This document shows, piece by piece, positions 1-8,897 of a stretch of DNA of 22,510 bases. This stretch comes from an uncultured Methanosarcinales archaeon (lineage in GTDB: Archaea > Nanobdellota > Nanobdellia > Woesearchaeales > JAGVZT01), in contig CAYQPU010000028.1 of the NCBI GenBank assembly GCA_964419615.1, forward strand, positions 1 to 22,510, read 5' to 3'. Made by a program: the position numbers and the translations under genes. Position 1 is the stretch's first letter. Every line of letters begins with the position of its first letter. The notes under the pieces are model-generated. The model was not told where the DNA came from. It worked only from the letters and a program-made list of their open reading frames with translations, and made no database searches.

Positions 1-1929
1 TTTGCTCTAGTTAAGGAAGAATTAGATGAAATCAATAATCATTCAAGAATTCCATTTTGGGGTTCAGATTTTTCAGGAGGATACCCAATATTCTTATTCA
101 ACTCCTACTTTTACTATGAAAGATTAGCCACATTAAATATTATACTCCCAGATAATTTTAGCATTGTTTATTTAATGAACACTCATGCATTTTTATCAGT
201 AATCATACTTGGACTAGGTATATTTGCCTTAGCTAAAAGATTTGGTATGAACAACTTCCAATCAACATTATCTGTCCTAATATTCAATATCAATCCCTTT
301 TTAGCAAGTAAATTTGGATACTCTGGAGACATAAAAGAACTAACAGCATTTGCAGTCCTGCCTTTAATATTCTTAGTATTCACACTAAAAAAACCAAAGA
401 AATTTATTCTTCTTGCATTACTATTATCTTTCTTATACTATTCACACCTAATCTTATGCTTATTTGTTATAACATTGCTTGCAATATACTATGCACTTGA
501 AATACTAATACAAAAGAAAATCTCAAAATCAGAACTCAAACACTTATTGGTAGGGGTTGGATTAACATTCTTATTAATCTCTCCACATGCTGTACCTCTT
601 TTTTTAAATAGGGATTATCCACTACCACTTCATAGAGATGTTGATCTTGGATTTGACAGTCTTCAAAAAACATTTATCAAACCATACACATCAGAACCAA
701 CAGACTTTTTCTCATACAATACAGGAATTTATTTTATACTTCTTGGAGCAATAGGTCTAGGTTCACTAATCTTAAAGAATAAATTCCATGAAAAACCCCA
801 ATTACTACTCTATTCATTCATAATTTTATTATTAATCATGACATTTGTTCCATTTATTGGACATAAATTATTAGGATTTATTGGCTCTGACAGATCAACA
901 ACCACATTCATTTTAATAATTGCAATGCTAGCACCTCTAGCATTATCATTCTCTGACAAACTAACATTCAAAGCATTAGCCATATTAACAATATTAATCA
1001 TTGTGGCCCACTATGCACCAATCACAAAATTACAATTAAATAATTGGGTAACAGAAACAGCTCAAAATGGTTTATTTGAGCAGCAATATCAAAAACTAGA
1101 AAACATAGAACCAGGTAGACTGATAAACTATGGCATATTTGCTTATGCAACAGAAACAGCAGTCCCAGCAGTATCTAACCTGGGAATGATCACGCACACA
1201 AATCCATTTGGTCAGCATATTGATCCACAACCAGAATTCAAAGATGGTTCTGAGTCAAAACTAACCTTAAAATATGACATTCCTTATGTAATAAACAGAA
1301 TGAGAACAACATTCACAAAATACGTTTTCATATTCAAGTGTGATCAAGGAAGGCAAGGTTGGGTAACAGAAGAACAATTCCAAGCTTATGAACAACCGCC
1401 ATTTAACCTTGAAAAAGTACATCAAGAAGAATGTATTACAATCTACAAAATACCAAAAACAAACTATGTTGAATCAGCTAAAATCTCTTTAATCAGTCTA
1501 CCAAGAGAAATTACATACAATCAAACTGGGGGCTGGAAAGTGATTGGTTTTCTAAATCCAGAAGATTATAATAAATTTGAATATGATTACACTGTTGATT
1601 CGATCAGCGATGTCAAGGTAATCCCTGATCCTGTATCTTATGAATCCAGATTCATAAACAATGACCACATTCAACTAAATGGAGAATTTAAACAAGAATG
1701 GATTGTAGTCAAAGACACTTACTACAAAAGATGGCACGCTTATATGAATGGAGAAGAACTTGAAATAAAAGAATCTAACTTAGGAACAATGCTAATAAAA
1801 ACAAATCCAGGAAATCAAATAGACCTAATAAACAAACCATTTGCTTATGAGCTCTTATTTGGAGCTATTGGAACTGCACTTTTGTTAGCAATATTTATAT
1901 TCCCAAACAGGTTCTGGAGTAAAAAATGA
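1..1929 (+). CDS. GT-C-type integral membrane protein, YfhO / PTPS-related family (5'-truncated by window edge)
   Basis: Frame 1 is open from base 1 (FALVKEELDEINNHSRIPFWGSDFSGGYPIFLFN...), so the ORF-track start at 175 is internal. Has the P-x-W...F-S-G-G-Y-P loop motif, about 10 hydrophobic segments, a soluble domain, a YfhO-like C-terminal beta domain (WIVVKDTYYKRWHAYMNG) and a terminal TM helix. Confidence 0.7.
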   Translation, partial: FALVKEELDEINNHSRIPFWGSDFSGGYPIFLFNSYFYYERLATLNIILPDNFSIVYLMNTHAFLSVIILGLGIFALAKRFGMNNFQSTLSVLIFNINPFLASKFGYSGDIKELTAFAVLPLIFLVFTLKKPKKFILLALLLSFLYYSHLILCLFVITLLAIYYALEILIQKKISKSELKHLLVGVGLTFLLISPHAVPLFLNRDYPLPLHRDVDLGFDSLQKTFIKPYTSEPTDFFSYNTGIYFILLGAIGLGSLILKNKFHEKPQLLLYSFIILLLIMTFVPFIGHKLLGFIGSDRSTTTFILIIAMLAPLALSFSDKLTFKALAILTILIIVAHYAPITKLQLNNWVTETAQNGLFEQQYQKLENIEPGRLINYGIFAYATETAVPAVSNLGMITHTNPFGQHIDPQPEFKDGSESKLTLKYDIPYVINRMRTTFTKYVFIFKCDQGRQGWVTEEQFQAYEQPPFNLEKVHQEECITIYKIPKTNYVESAKISLISLPREITYNQTGGWKVIGFLNPEDYNKFEYDYTVDSISDVKVIPDPVSYESRFINNDHIQLNGEFKQEWIVVKDTYYKRWHAYMNGEELEIKESNLGTMLIKTNPGNQIDLINKPFAYELLFGAIGTALLLAIFIFPNRFWSKK

Positions 1930-2642
1930 AAATATCTTTTGTTATACCTGCACATAATGAAGAAAACAATCTAAAAAAGATAGTACCAGCTCTTTTTAAA
2001 GAGCTAGACAAATACATTTATGAGTTAATCATTGTAAATGATGCAAGCACAGACAAAACAAAACAAGTAGGCCAAAAACTAGCTAAAAAATACAAAAAAC
2101 TAAAGCTTGTAAACAGAGTACCTCCTTGTGGGGTTGGAAGAGCAATAAAGGCTGGATTTGGGGCAGTAGATAAAAAATCCAAATGGATTTTATCAATGGA
2201 TTGTGACTTTTTAGAAAATGTAACTGAAATTAAAAGGCTAATAAGAAGAGCTGAAACAGGAAACTATGATGGAGTGATTGGTTCAAGATATATTTCAAAA
2301 GGTCAGTTAATAAATTATCCTTGGATAAAAAAAGTAGCAAATCGTATATACCATTTCTTTGTTAGAAACATTCTTGGAATTAGACAAAAAGATCTAACAA
2401 ACAACTTTAAATTATACAAAAAAGAAGTAATTGACAGTATAGACTGGCAATCAAATCACTTTGCAATAAATGCAGAGACTGGAATCTTTCCAATACTAAA
2501 AGGTTACAAAGTTGCAGAAGTACCTGTTTCTTGGGTACAAAGATACTTTGACAAATCTGATTTTAAAGTATTTAAGTTAGCTCCAAGTTATTTAAAGGTA
2601 GCATTTAGATCAATCAAACTTAGGTTTTCACCTGATAAATAA
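1926..2642 (+). CDS. Glycosyltransferase family 2, DPM1-like (polyprenyl-phosphate sugar synthase)
   Basis: SFVIPAHNEE, IIVNDASTDKT, MDCDF (DxD), VIGSRY, DLTNNFK and VAEVPVSW motifs. ATGA overlap with the upstream stop indicates translational coupling. Confidence 0.88.
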   Translation: MKISFVIPAHNEENNLKKIVPALFKELDKYIYELIIVNDASTDKTKQVGQKLAKKYKKLKLVNRVPPCGVGRAIKAGFGAVDKKSKWILSMDCDFLENVTEIKRLIRRAETGNYDGVIGSRYISKGQLINYPWIKKVANRIYHFFVRNILGIRQKDLTNNFKLYKKEVIDSIDWQSNHFAINAETGIFPILKGYKVAEVPVSWVQRYFDKSDFKVFKLAPSYLKVAFRSIKLRFSPDK

Positions 2643-4323
2643 CTGAATAAGTATCCGGCCCAATTAGGAACTGTTTCTTTGGCTCGGTTAAATTAAATTC
2701 AATCAAACTAATCTCTTGAGGAGGCACAACCAAAGCATCATAAGTAGGAGCATCTGCAACAGCAGGATCAAACCTTTCTTTTGAAACAGAATAATTAACA
2801 CCATATCTGGATAAATAATCTTTGAATTCAAATCTTGTCAACATTGGTCTTTGCATAAGGTAAGCATCAAGATAAAAATAATCTACACTATACTCTCTTA
2901 ACAACTCTTCTGTTTTTGCTCTATCATTACCATACAGCATTACAAACGCATCTGCATACCTTTTATCAACATCAACATAATAATTAGCATGGGTCCGTCT
3001 AGCAATGACTAAATTTCTGCCAGTAAGTGCATTTAAAGCAAAAGAACTTTCATCATTTCCCAAAAACACATCATCCTTATTTGTGTTGTCCAAAATCCAA
3101 GTTTCGGTATCAAACATAATCTGTAATGATTGGTCAGTCTGCCTACCATATTGCACCCATTGATCATTATTAAAATTAACATAACTCTGAAACATAAATC
3201 CAACAAACAACAACCCTGCAACAACAAGAAACACTCTCTCGTTCTTTAATATCAATTCAATATTTCTAATTCCATAAGTTAACAATACAAGGAAAACAAT
3301 CCAATTAATGGTCCCCCATAATAAACCCGGAGCTATCCAATTGTTAAGCAAAGGTTTTGTAATTAAAAAATGAGATGTTAATAAAACAGCTCCTATAAGC
3401 CAATAAAAGGCAGCTCTTTGTTCAAACTTCTTTTTATTTAGAAATGCAAACACAAAACCTGCTAAGGCAAGCAAACCAGATACAAGCTTTAACAATCCTT
3501 TTAATGTAAATAATTGGTGAATTCTAATGAAAAATTTCCAAACAATAGAAACAATCCAACCAATACCTTGAGTAGTTACATCTGCATGAGAATATTGTTG
3601 CGATGGATTTAATGTATTCATGTGATAGACAAAGACCCAAGGCCCAATAAGAATTAAACTAATCAAAGCAGCGATAACAACAGGTATCAAATACTTTTTA
3701 ACAGGTATTTTTTTAGTTCTAATTGACTCAAACAAAACAGCGCAACCAATTAAACCAGCAACACTAATAAAACTCAATATATGAGACAATGCCGTAAGCC
3801 CTAAAAACAAACCAAGCAGATATTTATGTTTTTTATTACCTCTTTCAAGCTCAATCCAGCTCCATAAAGAAAGCAGCATAAACAAAGATGCAAAAGCACC
3901 AGAAATCTTAATATCAATAACTCTTAAAGATAGTAAAGAAAGCATAAAAATAATCCCATACTTCTTATCTTTAAAAAACTTAGAACCAAACAAGTAGCCA
4001 GCATACATGATCAGGATCTGGATAAAAGCAGGCAGAATATAAGACATCTTCTCAAGACTCATTCCAGTGATTTTAACTAGGAATGCAGTAACCCAATAAG
4101 ATAACCAGCCATAATAAGCATAATGTCCAGCAAAATAAGAATCAAGCCAAGGTGCATTTCCTTGCAAGATAGCTTGTGTAAATCCTCTGATCATATAAAG
4201 ATCTCCACCAAACAAAGGTCCAGGGATATGCTTAAACTTAGAAACGAGCATGATTAATCCTAATAAAAAAACCACCAAAAAACCATACACAAACTTATCT
4301 TCATCAGTTTTGATTAAAACCAC
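2620..4323 (-). CDS. GT-C-type integral membrane protein (putative glycosyltransferase)
   Basis: About 11 TM segments, an acidic residue in the first external loop (GGDLY...PW), a C-terminal soluble domain with WILDNTNKDDVF and LLREYSVDYFY. The start (GTG 4323) is uncertain. Confidence 0.6.
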   Translation of the reverse strand: MVLIKTDEDKFVYGFLVVFLLGLIMLVSKFKHIPGPLFGGDLYMIRGFTQAILQGNAPWLDSYFAGHYAYYGWLSYWVTAFLVKITGMSLEKMSYILPAFIQILIMYAGYLFGSKFFKDKKYGIIFMLSLLSLRVIDIKISGAFASLFMLLSLWSWIELERGNKKHKYLLGLFLGLTALSHILSFISVAGLIGCAVLFESIRTKKIPVKKYLIPVVIAALISLILIGPWVFVYHMNTLNPSQQYSHADVTTQGIGWIVSIVWKFFIRIHQLFTLKGLLKLVSGLLALAGFVFAFLNKKKFEQRAAFYWLIGAVLLTSHFLITKPLLNNWIAPGLLWGTINWIVFLVLLTYGIRNIELILKNERVFLVVAGLLFVGFMFQSYVNFNNDQWVQYGRQTDQSLQIMFDTETWILDNTNKDDVFLGNDESSFALNALTGRNLVIARRTHANYYVDVDKRYADAFVMLYGNDRAKTEELLREYSVDYFYLDAYLMQRPMLTRFEFKDYLSRYGVNYSVSKERFDPAVADAPTYDALVVPPQEISLIEFNLTEPKKQFLIGPDTYSVIYQVKT

Positions 4324-4434
4324 CCATTTGAATAATACCTTGTTTGTTTATAATTCTTTCTGAGTTAAGATTTAGTTATTCCTTCCATAAGGTTAATATT
4401 TAAATTTAATTATTCTAGAAAACTAATATTTTCC

Positions 4435-5335
4435 TTTAATAGGTATTAGAAATTCATAGATTACACAAACTTTGTATACTTTCATATAATTCCATTTGTA
4501 CGGCACAATCTTGTTGCAAAAGGTGGAGATTTGCATAAGATTGAATTAATCTGAGTGGGGCTTTCTTTTCAATTTTTAATTGCACAGCATCCTCAAATGC
4601 TTCACTTAATTCTTGTATATTAGAAGCATTTTTTTGAATATTTTGATTTAAGATTCCCCACATAGTAAGCCTTCCTGGAATCATATTTGGGTCATCTAGA
4701 TAACATGTAACTGGTTGAAACAAATCATCTAGCATAAATTGTCTCGCTTGGGCACCGAGCAGAACACCATAGCCACACCCATAATCTATGTTTGAGATAA
4801 CACTTCCATTCCAAAAAACATCCTTTCTTTTTATATCTCTTAAACCGATAATTGTTGATTTTTCAATCCATTTCCCTGCTGCATGCTCAAAATCAGATTT
4901 ATATGTAGGGTTATTTAATGGGTGTTTTGTCATATCAGTCAATCTGGTTCCTTCAGCTTCTTCAGTAATAATTATTGACCCCCTTTGACCTTTGTCCAAA
5001 TTTGACACAAGGAACTTTGATCCTTTCCCTGTCAATAAATATTCCATAAGCATCTGAGTCCCTGAATTATTTGCATTATGCCAATCTCTCTTTATGAACA
5101 AGGTTTGTTCTTTTCCGTCAACTAGAAACTTAGCAGAATATACATTATGTTCCTTTTTAAGTCTACTTTGTAAATATTGAACATTGTTTGCATCGTAGAA
5201 AAGAAAAGCAGCTTTAATTAAAGCATCGGTATCATTTACAAAACTCTCAAAGGGAGGTAATTCTACTTCACCCAGTATTTTTGATAAAGCCATCAATTTA
5301 TATCAATCCCCTCATTTTGTGAAATACCTATTAAA
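4435..5335. repeat. Perfect 13-bp inverted repeat pair (TTTAATAGGTATT 4435-4447 / AATACCTATTAAA 5323-5335) flanking one gene
   Basis: Read directly from the sequence. The match does not extend on either side, and no target-site duplication is seen. Confidence 0.8.
4454..5293 (-). CDS. Divergent atypical kinase-fold protein (PI3K/PI4K/HipA-like), possibly a pseudokinase
   Basis: Beta3 lysine (LFIK69R), hinge-like IIITEEAEG, catalytic-loop-like IIGLRD154IKRKD159V and ID171YG (numbering from TTG 5296). ATG 5293 or TTG 5296 follows the SD GAGGGG. Confidence 0.55.
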   Translation of the reverse strand: MALSKILGEVELPPFESFVNDTDALIKAAFLFYDANNVQYLQSRLKKEHNVYSAKFLVDGKEQTLFIKRDWHNANNSGTQMLMEYLLTGKGSKFLVSNLDKGQRGSIIITEEAEGTRLTDMTKHPLNNPTYKSDFEHAAGKWIEKSTIIGLRDIKRKDVFWNGSVISNIDYGCGYGVLLGAQARQFMLDDLFQPVTCYLDDPNMIPGRLTMWGILNQNIQKNASNIQELSEAFEDAVQLKIEKKAPLRLIQSYANLHLLQQDCAVQMELYESIQSLCNL

Positions 5336-5359
5336 TACCTACAATATTGGATGTTTACA

Positions 5360-5374
5360 TATATAAATCTTTTG
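5360..5374 (-). promoter_or_regulatory. Archaeal BRE+TATA promoter of the kinase-like gene
   Basis: Minus strand CAAAAGA-TTTATATA, followed by a leader carrying the SD GAGGGG. Confidence 0.6.
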
Positions 5375-5486
5375 TTTTTTATTACTGGGCAGGGATAAAT
5401 TCATATATTTAATCTGCATAATTGATTAGTATATCAAATTAACTTAAATGACAACCTTATTAAATTCCAAATCTATTAAATTATAT

Positions 5487-6245
5487 ATGACTAATCTCCA
5501 AAAACTTGTGATTGAAGAATTTTCTGGAAAAAATGCTCAACTTATGTACATTAAAAAGGTAGATGAAGGATTATGGATTTCAGAAAAGCACTTTTTTAAA
5601 AAGTACTTCAAAAAAAACAAAGCAAAATTATTAGACATTGGTTGTGGAACAGGAAGGACAACAATTCCATTGTTCAAAAATGGCTTTAAAGTAGTTGGAA
5701 TAGATCTTGTTCCAATCATGATCCAAAACGCAAAAAAGATTTCTATAAAGAAAAAACTCAAAATTGATTATCGAGTGGAAGATGCCACAAACTTAAAATT
5801 CAAAGATAATTCATTTGAATATGCTGTTTTTTCCAATCAAGGTTGGACACAAATTCCAGGAAAAGAAAATAGACTAAAAGCTCTTAAAGAAATCTATAGA
5901 GTTTTAAAAAAAGAAGGGATATACATATTCACAGCACATCCGAGAACCTTAATATGCAAATCTTCATTCTTTTGGTTAAAACAATGGTTAAGGTTTTATA
6001 TTCTAAAACCAATGGGACTTAATATTGAAGAAATGGATTTTGGAGATAGATTCTTTGATAGAGAAACAACTGACAATCAAAAAACTTACAAAACTAAACA
6101 ATACATTCACATTCCATCTATAAAAGAAGTTGAGCAGGAAATAATAAAAGCAGGGTTTAAAATCCTGGAAGTAAATGGTGAATTCCAGATTTCTAAAAAA
6201 GATGTCAGAAAACATCCACCCATTTTTTATATCTGTCAAAAATAA
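5487..6245 (+). CDS. Class I SAM-dependent methyltransferase
   Basis: LLDIGCGTG motif I, GIDL, EDATNL, FEYAVF and [13 protein letters not shown] 5487 is preferred over 5448 because a TATA-like TTATTAAA ends 22 nt upstream. Confidence 0.88.
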   Translation: MTNLQKLVIEEFSGKNAQLMYIKKVDEGLWISEKHFFKKYFKKNKAKLLDIGCGTGRTTIPLFKNGFKVVGIDLVPIMIQNAKKISIKKKLKIDYRVEDATNLKFKDNSFEYAVFSNQGWTQIPGKENRLKALKEIYRVLKKEGIYIFTAHPRTLICKSSFFWLKQWLRFYILKPMGLNIEEMDFGDRFFDRETTDNQKTYKTKQYIHIPSIKEVEQEIIKAGFKILEVNGEFQISKKDVRKHPPIFYICQK

Positions 6246-6353
6246 TTGAAGTTCACTTTCTTAACTAAATTCATTCAAACAATTTACCTTAACATTTAAA
6301 TACTACATATTTGCTCACCATATCAATAAATAATATATTGAAAGGTGATAATA

Positions 6354-6617
6354 ATGCCAGTAAAAAAAACAAAAAAATCAGTTAAGAAAAAAGCAATAAA
6401 ATCAGAAGAATGCAATTGTGACATTGAAAGTAATTGTTGTAAAGACTTTAATAGTGCATGCAAAGGTGGATGCATGTATGGACTTGGTGTTGTGGGCGCA
6501 GCAGTATATTTTATATCCACTACAACAGGCTTTTGGATGGGTGTTTTAGGAATATTAAAAGCACTTGTTTGGCCAGGTTTTTTGGTCTATGGACTGCTTA
6601 AATTCTTTGGACTATAG
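6354..6617 (+). CDS. Small membrane protein with Lys-rich and Cys-rich N-terminus (conserved-hypothetical type)
   Basis: SD GGTGA at 6344-6348 before ATG 6354. Hydrophobic C-terminal half YGLGVVGAAVYFIS...GFWMGVLGILKALVWPGFLVY; six Cys in about 21 residues. Confidence 0.7.
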   Translation: MPVKKTKKSVKKKAIKSEECNCDIESNCCKDFNSACKGGCMYGLGVVGAAVYFISTTTGFWMGVLGILKALVWPGFLVYGLLKFFGL

Positions 6618-8897
6618 AAATCTGTAGAATATGTTTTTTTTATTTAATTTAAATAGTATTACCAATAATACCAAAACAGATAATATGCTAATTACTTTTC
6701 CAATTCTATAACTTATTGGTTCATAAACAAAATCAATAACATGATCTCCTTTTTCTAATTGAATTCCTCTTAATGCCTGATTTGTTTTCTGTATATCAAT
6801 TGGTTTACCATTGTCATATGCTTTCCAACCAGGGTAGTAAACTTCACTTAAGACAACAAAGTCTTGTTCTTTAAGTTCTGCATTTAGCATAATCTGGTTT
6901 GGGCTGTATTTGGTAATTTCAACAACTCCTGACTTATAATCTGAGACAAACACTCTTGGCAAAACATCAACATTCTCATAAACAAAAACTTTATTTGTTT
7001 CCATAACAAATTCCTTGCCACCATAATGTCTAACCTGTTCATACTCCAAGTTCTCATAAACAAGCTTGTAACCAGAAACATTGCTTTTTGTATGTGAAAC
7101 AACATACTTAACATTAAGCAGATCAATAACTTCATGATTCTTAATCTTCTCAAGACTAAACTTTGGATCTAATTGCAACATCAATTCAGTTGGAGCATAC
7201 TCTTCATCACCACTAATTAAATTAGCAAGTTCAACATATTCTTTTAATATAAGTGGATTATAACCTGTTGCCAGTTCAATATTGTGGCGAGCTGCAACAC
7301 TATGACGCAAATAGCCAGAAGTATCCAGCACTCTAAACTGACCTGTATCTTGTTTTAAAAACTCTACAAGTTCATCTTGCATAAAAACTTCAGATACGTC
7401 TTTAACATAGATCATAGGTAATCCATAACTGAAAAGATCAAAAATTAATATTGCAAGCAACAAAAACTTCACGAGTTTTAAGTTGGTATTTGATTTAAAA
7501 TAAATAACCATTCCAATTGCAGTCAAAAGCAAACCAATTCTAAGTGCAGAATTAATAATCCCATTATGTATCTGGATTAACTTTCCTTGATAATAATCAA
7601 ATGACTTAGCATTTTCATTTTCCAAAATTCCAGACTGATTAAGCATTAACTCTCCTTTGTTAACTATCAAATCTTTTTGAGAATAAATCACAGGAACTAA
7701 AAATAAAGCAATTAACCCAATTAACACAAGAATTTTGCCTACACTCTTAAAATCTTTTTTTAATAGAATATCACAACCATAACCTGCTAACACAACCAAT
7801 GCAAAAACAGGCACAAACATAATTGCAGCAGGTGTTCTAAACAAACTAAATCCTGGAATGTTGTAAATCAATCTGAAAAAAGGAGTATAAGATCCAAATG
7901 CAACCAGTAATCCAAACAAAAACAGGATCACAAAATCTGATTTCTCTTTCCTGTTATTTAATAGAGATATTCTCGCAAGTAATAATCCTAAAACACCTAA
8001 ATAAGCAGCATACTCCCAATAAAAACCACCAACCCAATCAGTATTATTAACAGGAGTTCCATAAATGTTTGGCAAAACAAAATTAATCAACCTCCAAGGA
8101 GCATAAGATCCAAAACTTGAGAACTCATAACTTCTTCCAGCAGTTCTTGTGGTATGTTGTGCATACTCGATAGCAGGAAGCAGTATTACCGCAGAAAGAC
8201 CAACACAAATAACAAAAGCAGTAACATAGTAAAATGCAAGCTTTGGCTTTTTCTTTGATCTTAACCAATTCAAACCAAAGTACAAAGATAAAGCAACACA
8301 TGAATAAAAGAAATTCTGAATCATAGATGCATTTAATTGCAAAGCAAGGATGATTCCCAGCCACAAAGCATCATTAAGTTTCTTATGTTTAATAAGGCGA
8401 TCACAAAACAAAAATAAAAGAGGCACCCAGCAAATAACAAACATATTAGTCATATGTCCAACAAATATTCGACTTATCAGCACAGCTGAAAACATAAATG
8501 AAACAGCTCCAATAAGAGAACTGTACTCTGAGATCCTTTTATTTCTCAAGAAAAAATAAGTAGAAACTCCTGCAATCAAAACATGAATCATAAACAAAAA
8601 TCCATAAACAATTTCAGGATTAAAAACTACAAAAAACCAATTAAATGGATAATAAAACATTGAAACTGACAAATCTCCCAAAAAAGGAGTACCTGAAAAC
8701 AAATTAGGATTCCATAAAGGAAGCTTTCCATATTCTTGATAACTTTGATGAGAAAAAAACTTCCAAGGAGTATAAGCTAAAGTAAGATCGTAACCAGGAG
8801 AAATCAGTTTATCTGGATTCAACAAAACCTTGTGAAAAAACACCAATGTAAGAATTAAGATAATTAACAAAGGCCAGATATTTTTATTTCTCACCAT
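6612..8897 (-). CDS. YfhO-family GT-C membrane glycosyltransferase
   Basis: LPLWNPNLFSGTPF, GAVSFMFSA, WEYAAYLG, FRTPA, LLNVKYVV, LSEVYYPGWKAYDNG and GDHVIDFVYEP motifs, about 12 TMs. SD GGAGTGA; 14-nt overlap with the upstream methyltransferase. Confidence 0.85.
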   Translation of the reverse strand: MVRNKNIWPLLIILILTLVFFHKVLLNPDKLISPGYDLTLAYTPWKFFSHQSYQEYGKLPLWNPNLFSGTPFLGDLSVSMFYYPFNWFFVVFNPEIVYGFLFMIHVLIAGVSTYFFLRNKRISEYSSLIGAVSFMFSAVLISRIFVGHMTNMFVICWVPLLFLFCDRLIKHKKLNDALWLGIILALQLNASMIQNFFYSCVALSLYFGLNWLRSKKKPKLAFYYVTAFVICVGLSAVILLPAIEYAQHTTRTAGRSYEFSSFGSYAPWRLINFVLPNIYGTPVNNTDWVGGFYWEYAAYLGVLGLLLARISLLNNRKEKSDFVILFLFGLLVAFGSYTPFFRLIYNIPGFSLFRTPAAIMFVPVFALVVLAGYGCDILLKKDFKSVGKILVLIGLIALFLVPVIYSQKDLIVNKGELMLNQSGILENENAKSFDYYQGKLIQIHNGIINSALRIGLLLTAIGMVIYFKSNTNLKLVKFLLLAILIFDLFSYGLPMIYVKDVSEVFMQDELVEFLKQDTGQFRVLDTSGYLRHSVAARHNIELATGYNPLILKEYVELANLISGDEEYAPTELMLQLDPKFSLEKIKNHEVIDLLNVKYVVSHTKSNVSGYKLVYENLEYEQVRHYGGKEFVMETNKVFVYENVDVLPRVFVSDYKSGVVEITKYSPNQIMLNAELKEQDFVVLSEVYYPGWKAYDNGKPIDIQKTNQALRGIQLEKGDHVIDFVYEPISYRIGKVISILSVLVLLVILFKLNKKNIFYRFL

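Noticed and set aside
2620-2642. 23-nt convergent 3' overlap of the GT2 and GT-C genes (and 6 nt at 6612-6617)
   Set aside because: Short tail-to-tail overlaps are common in compact genomes and imply no special function.
4323-4388. Stop-codon reassignment or read-through linking ATG 4388 (MEGITKS-stop) to the 567-aa gene
   Set aside because: It would require both a frameshift and a TAA read-through, and all other genes terminate normally under code 11.
4435-5335. Insertion sequence or transposon defined by the 13-bp inverted repeat
   Set aside because: The enclosed ORF has no DDE, HUH or recombinase motifs and there is no target-site duplication. It is kept only as an unexplained repeat.
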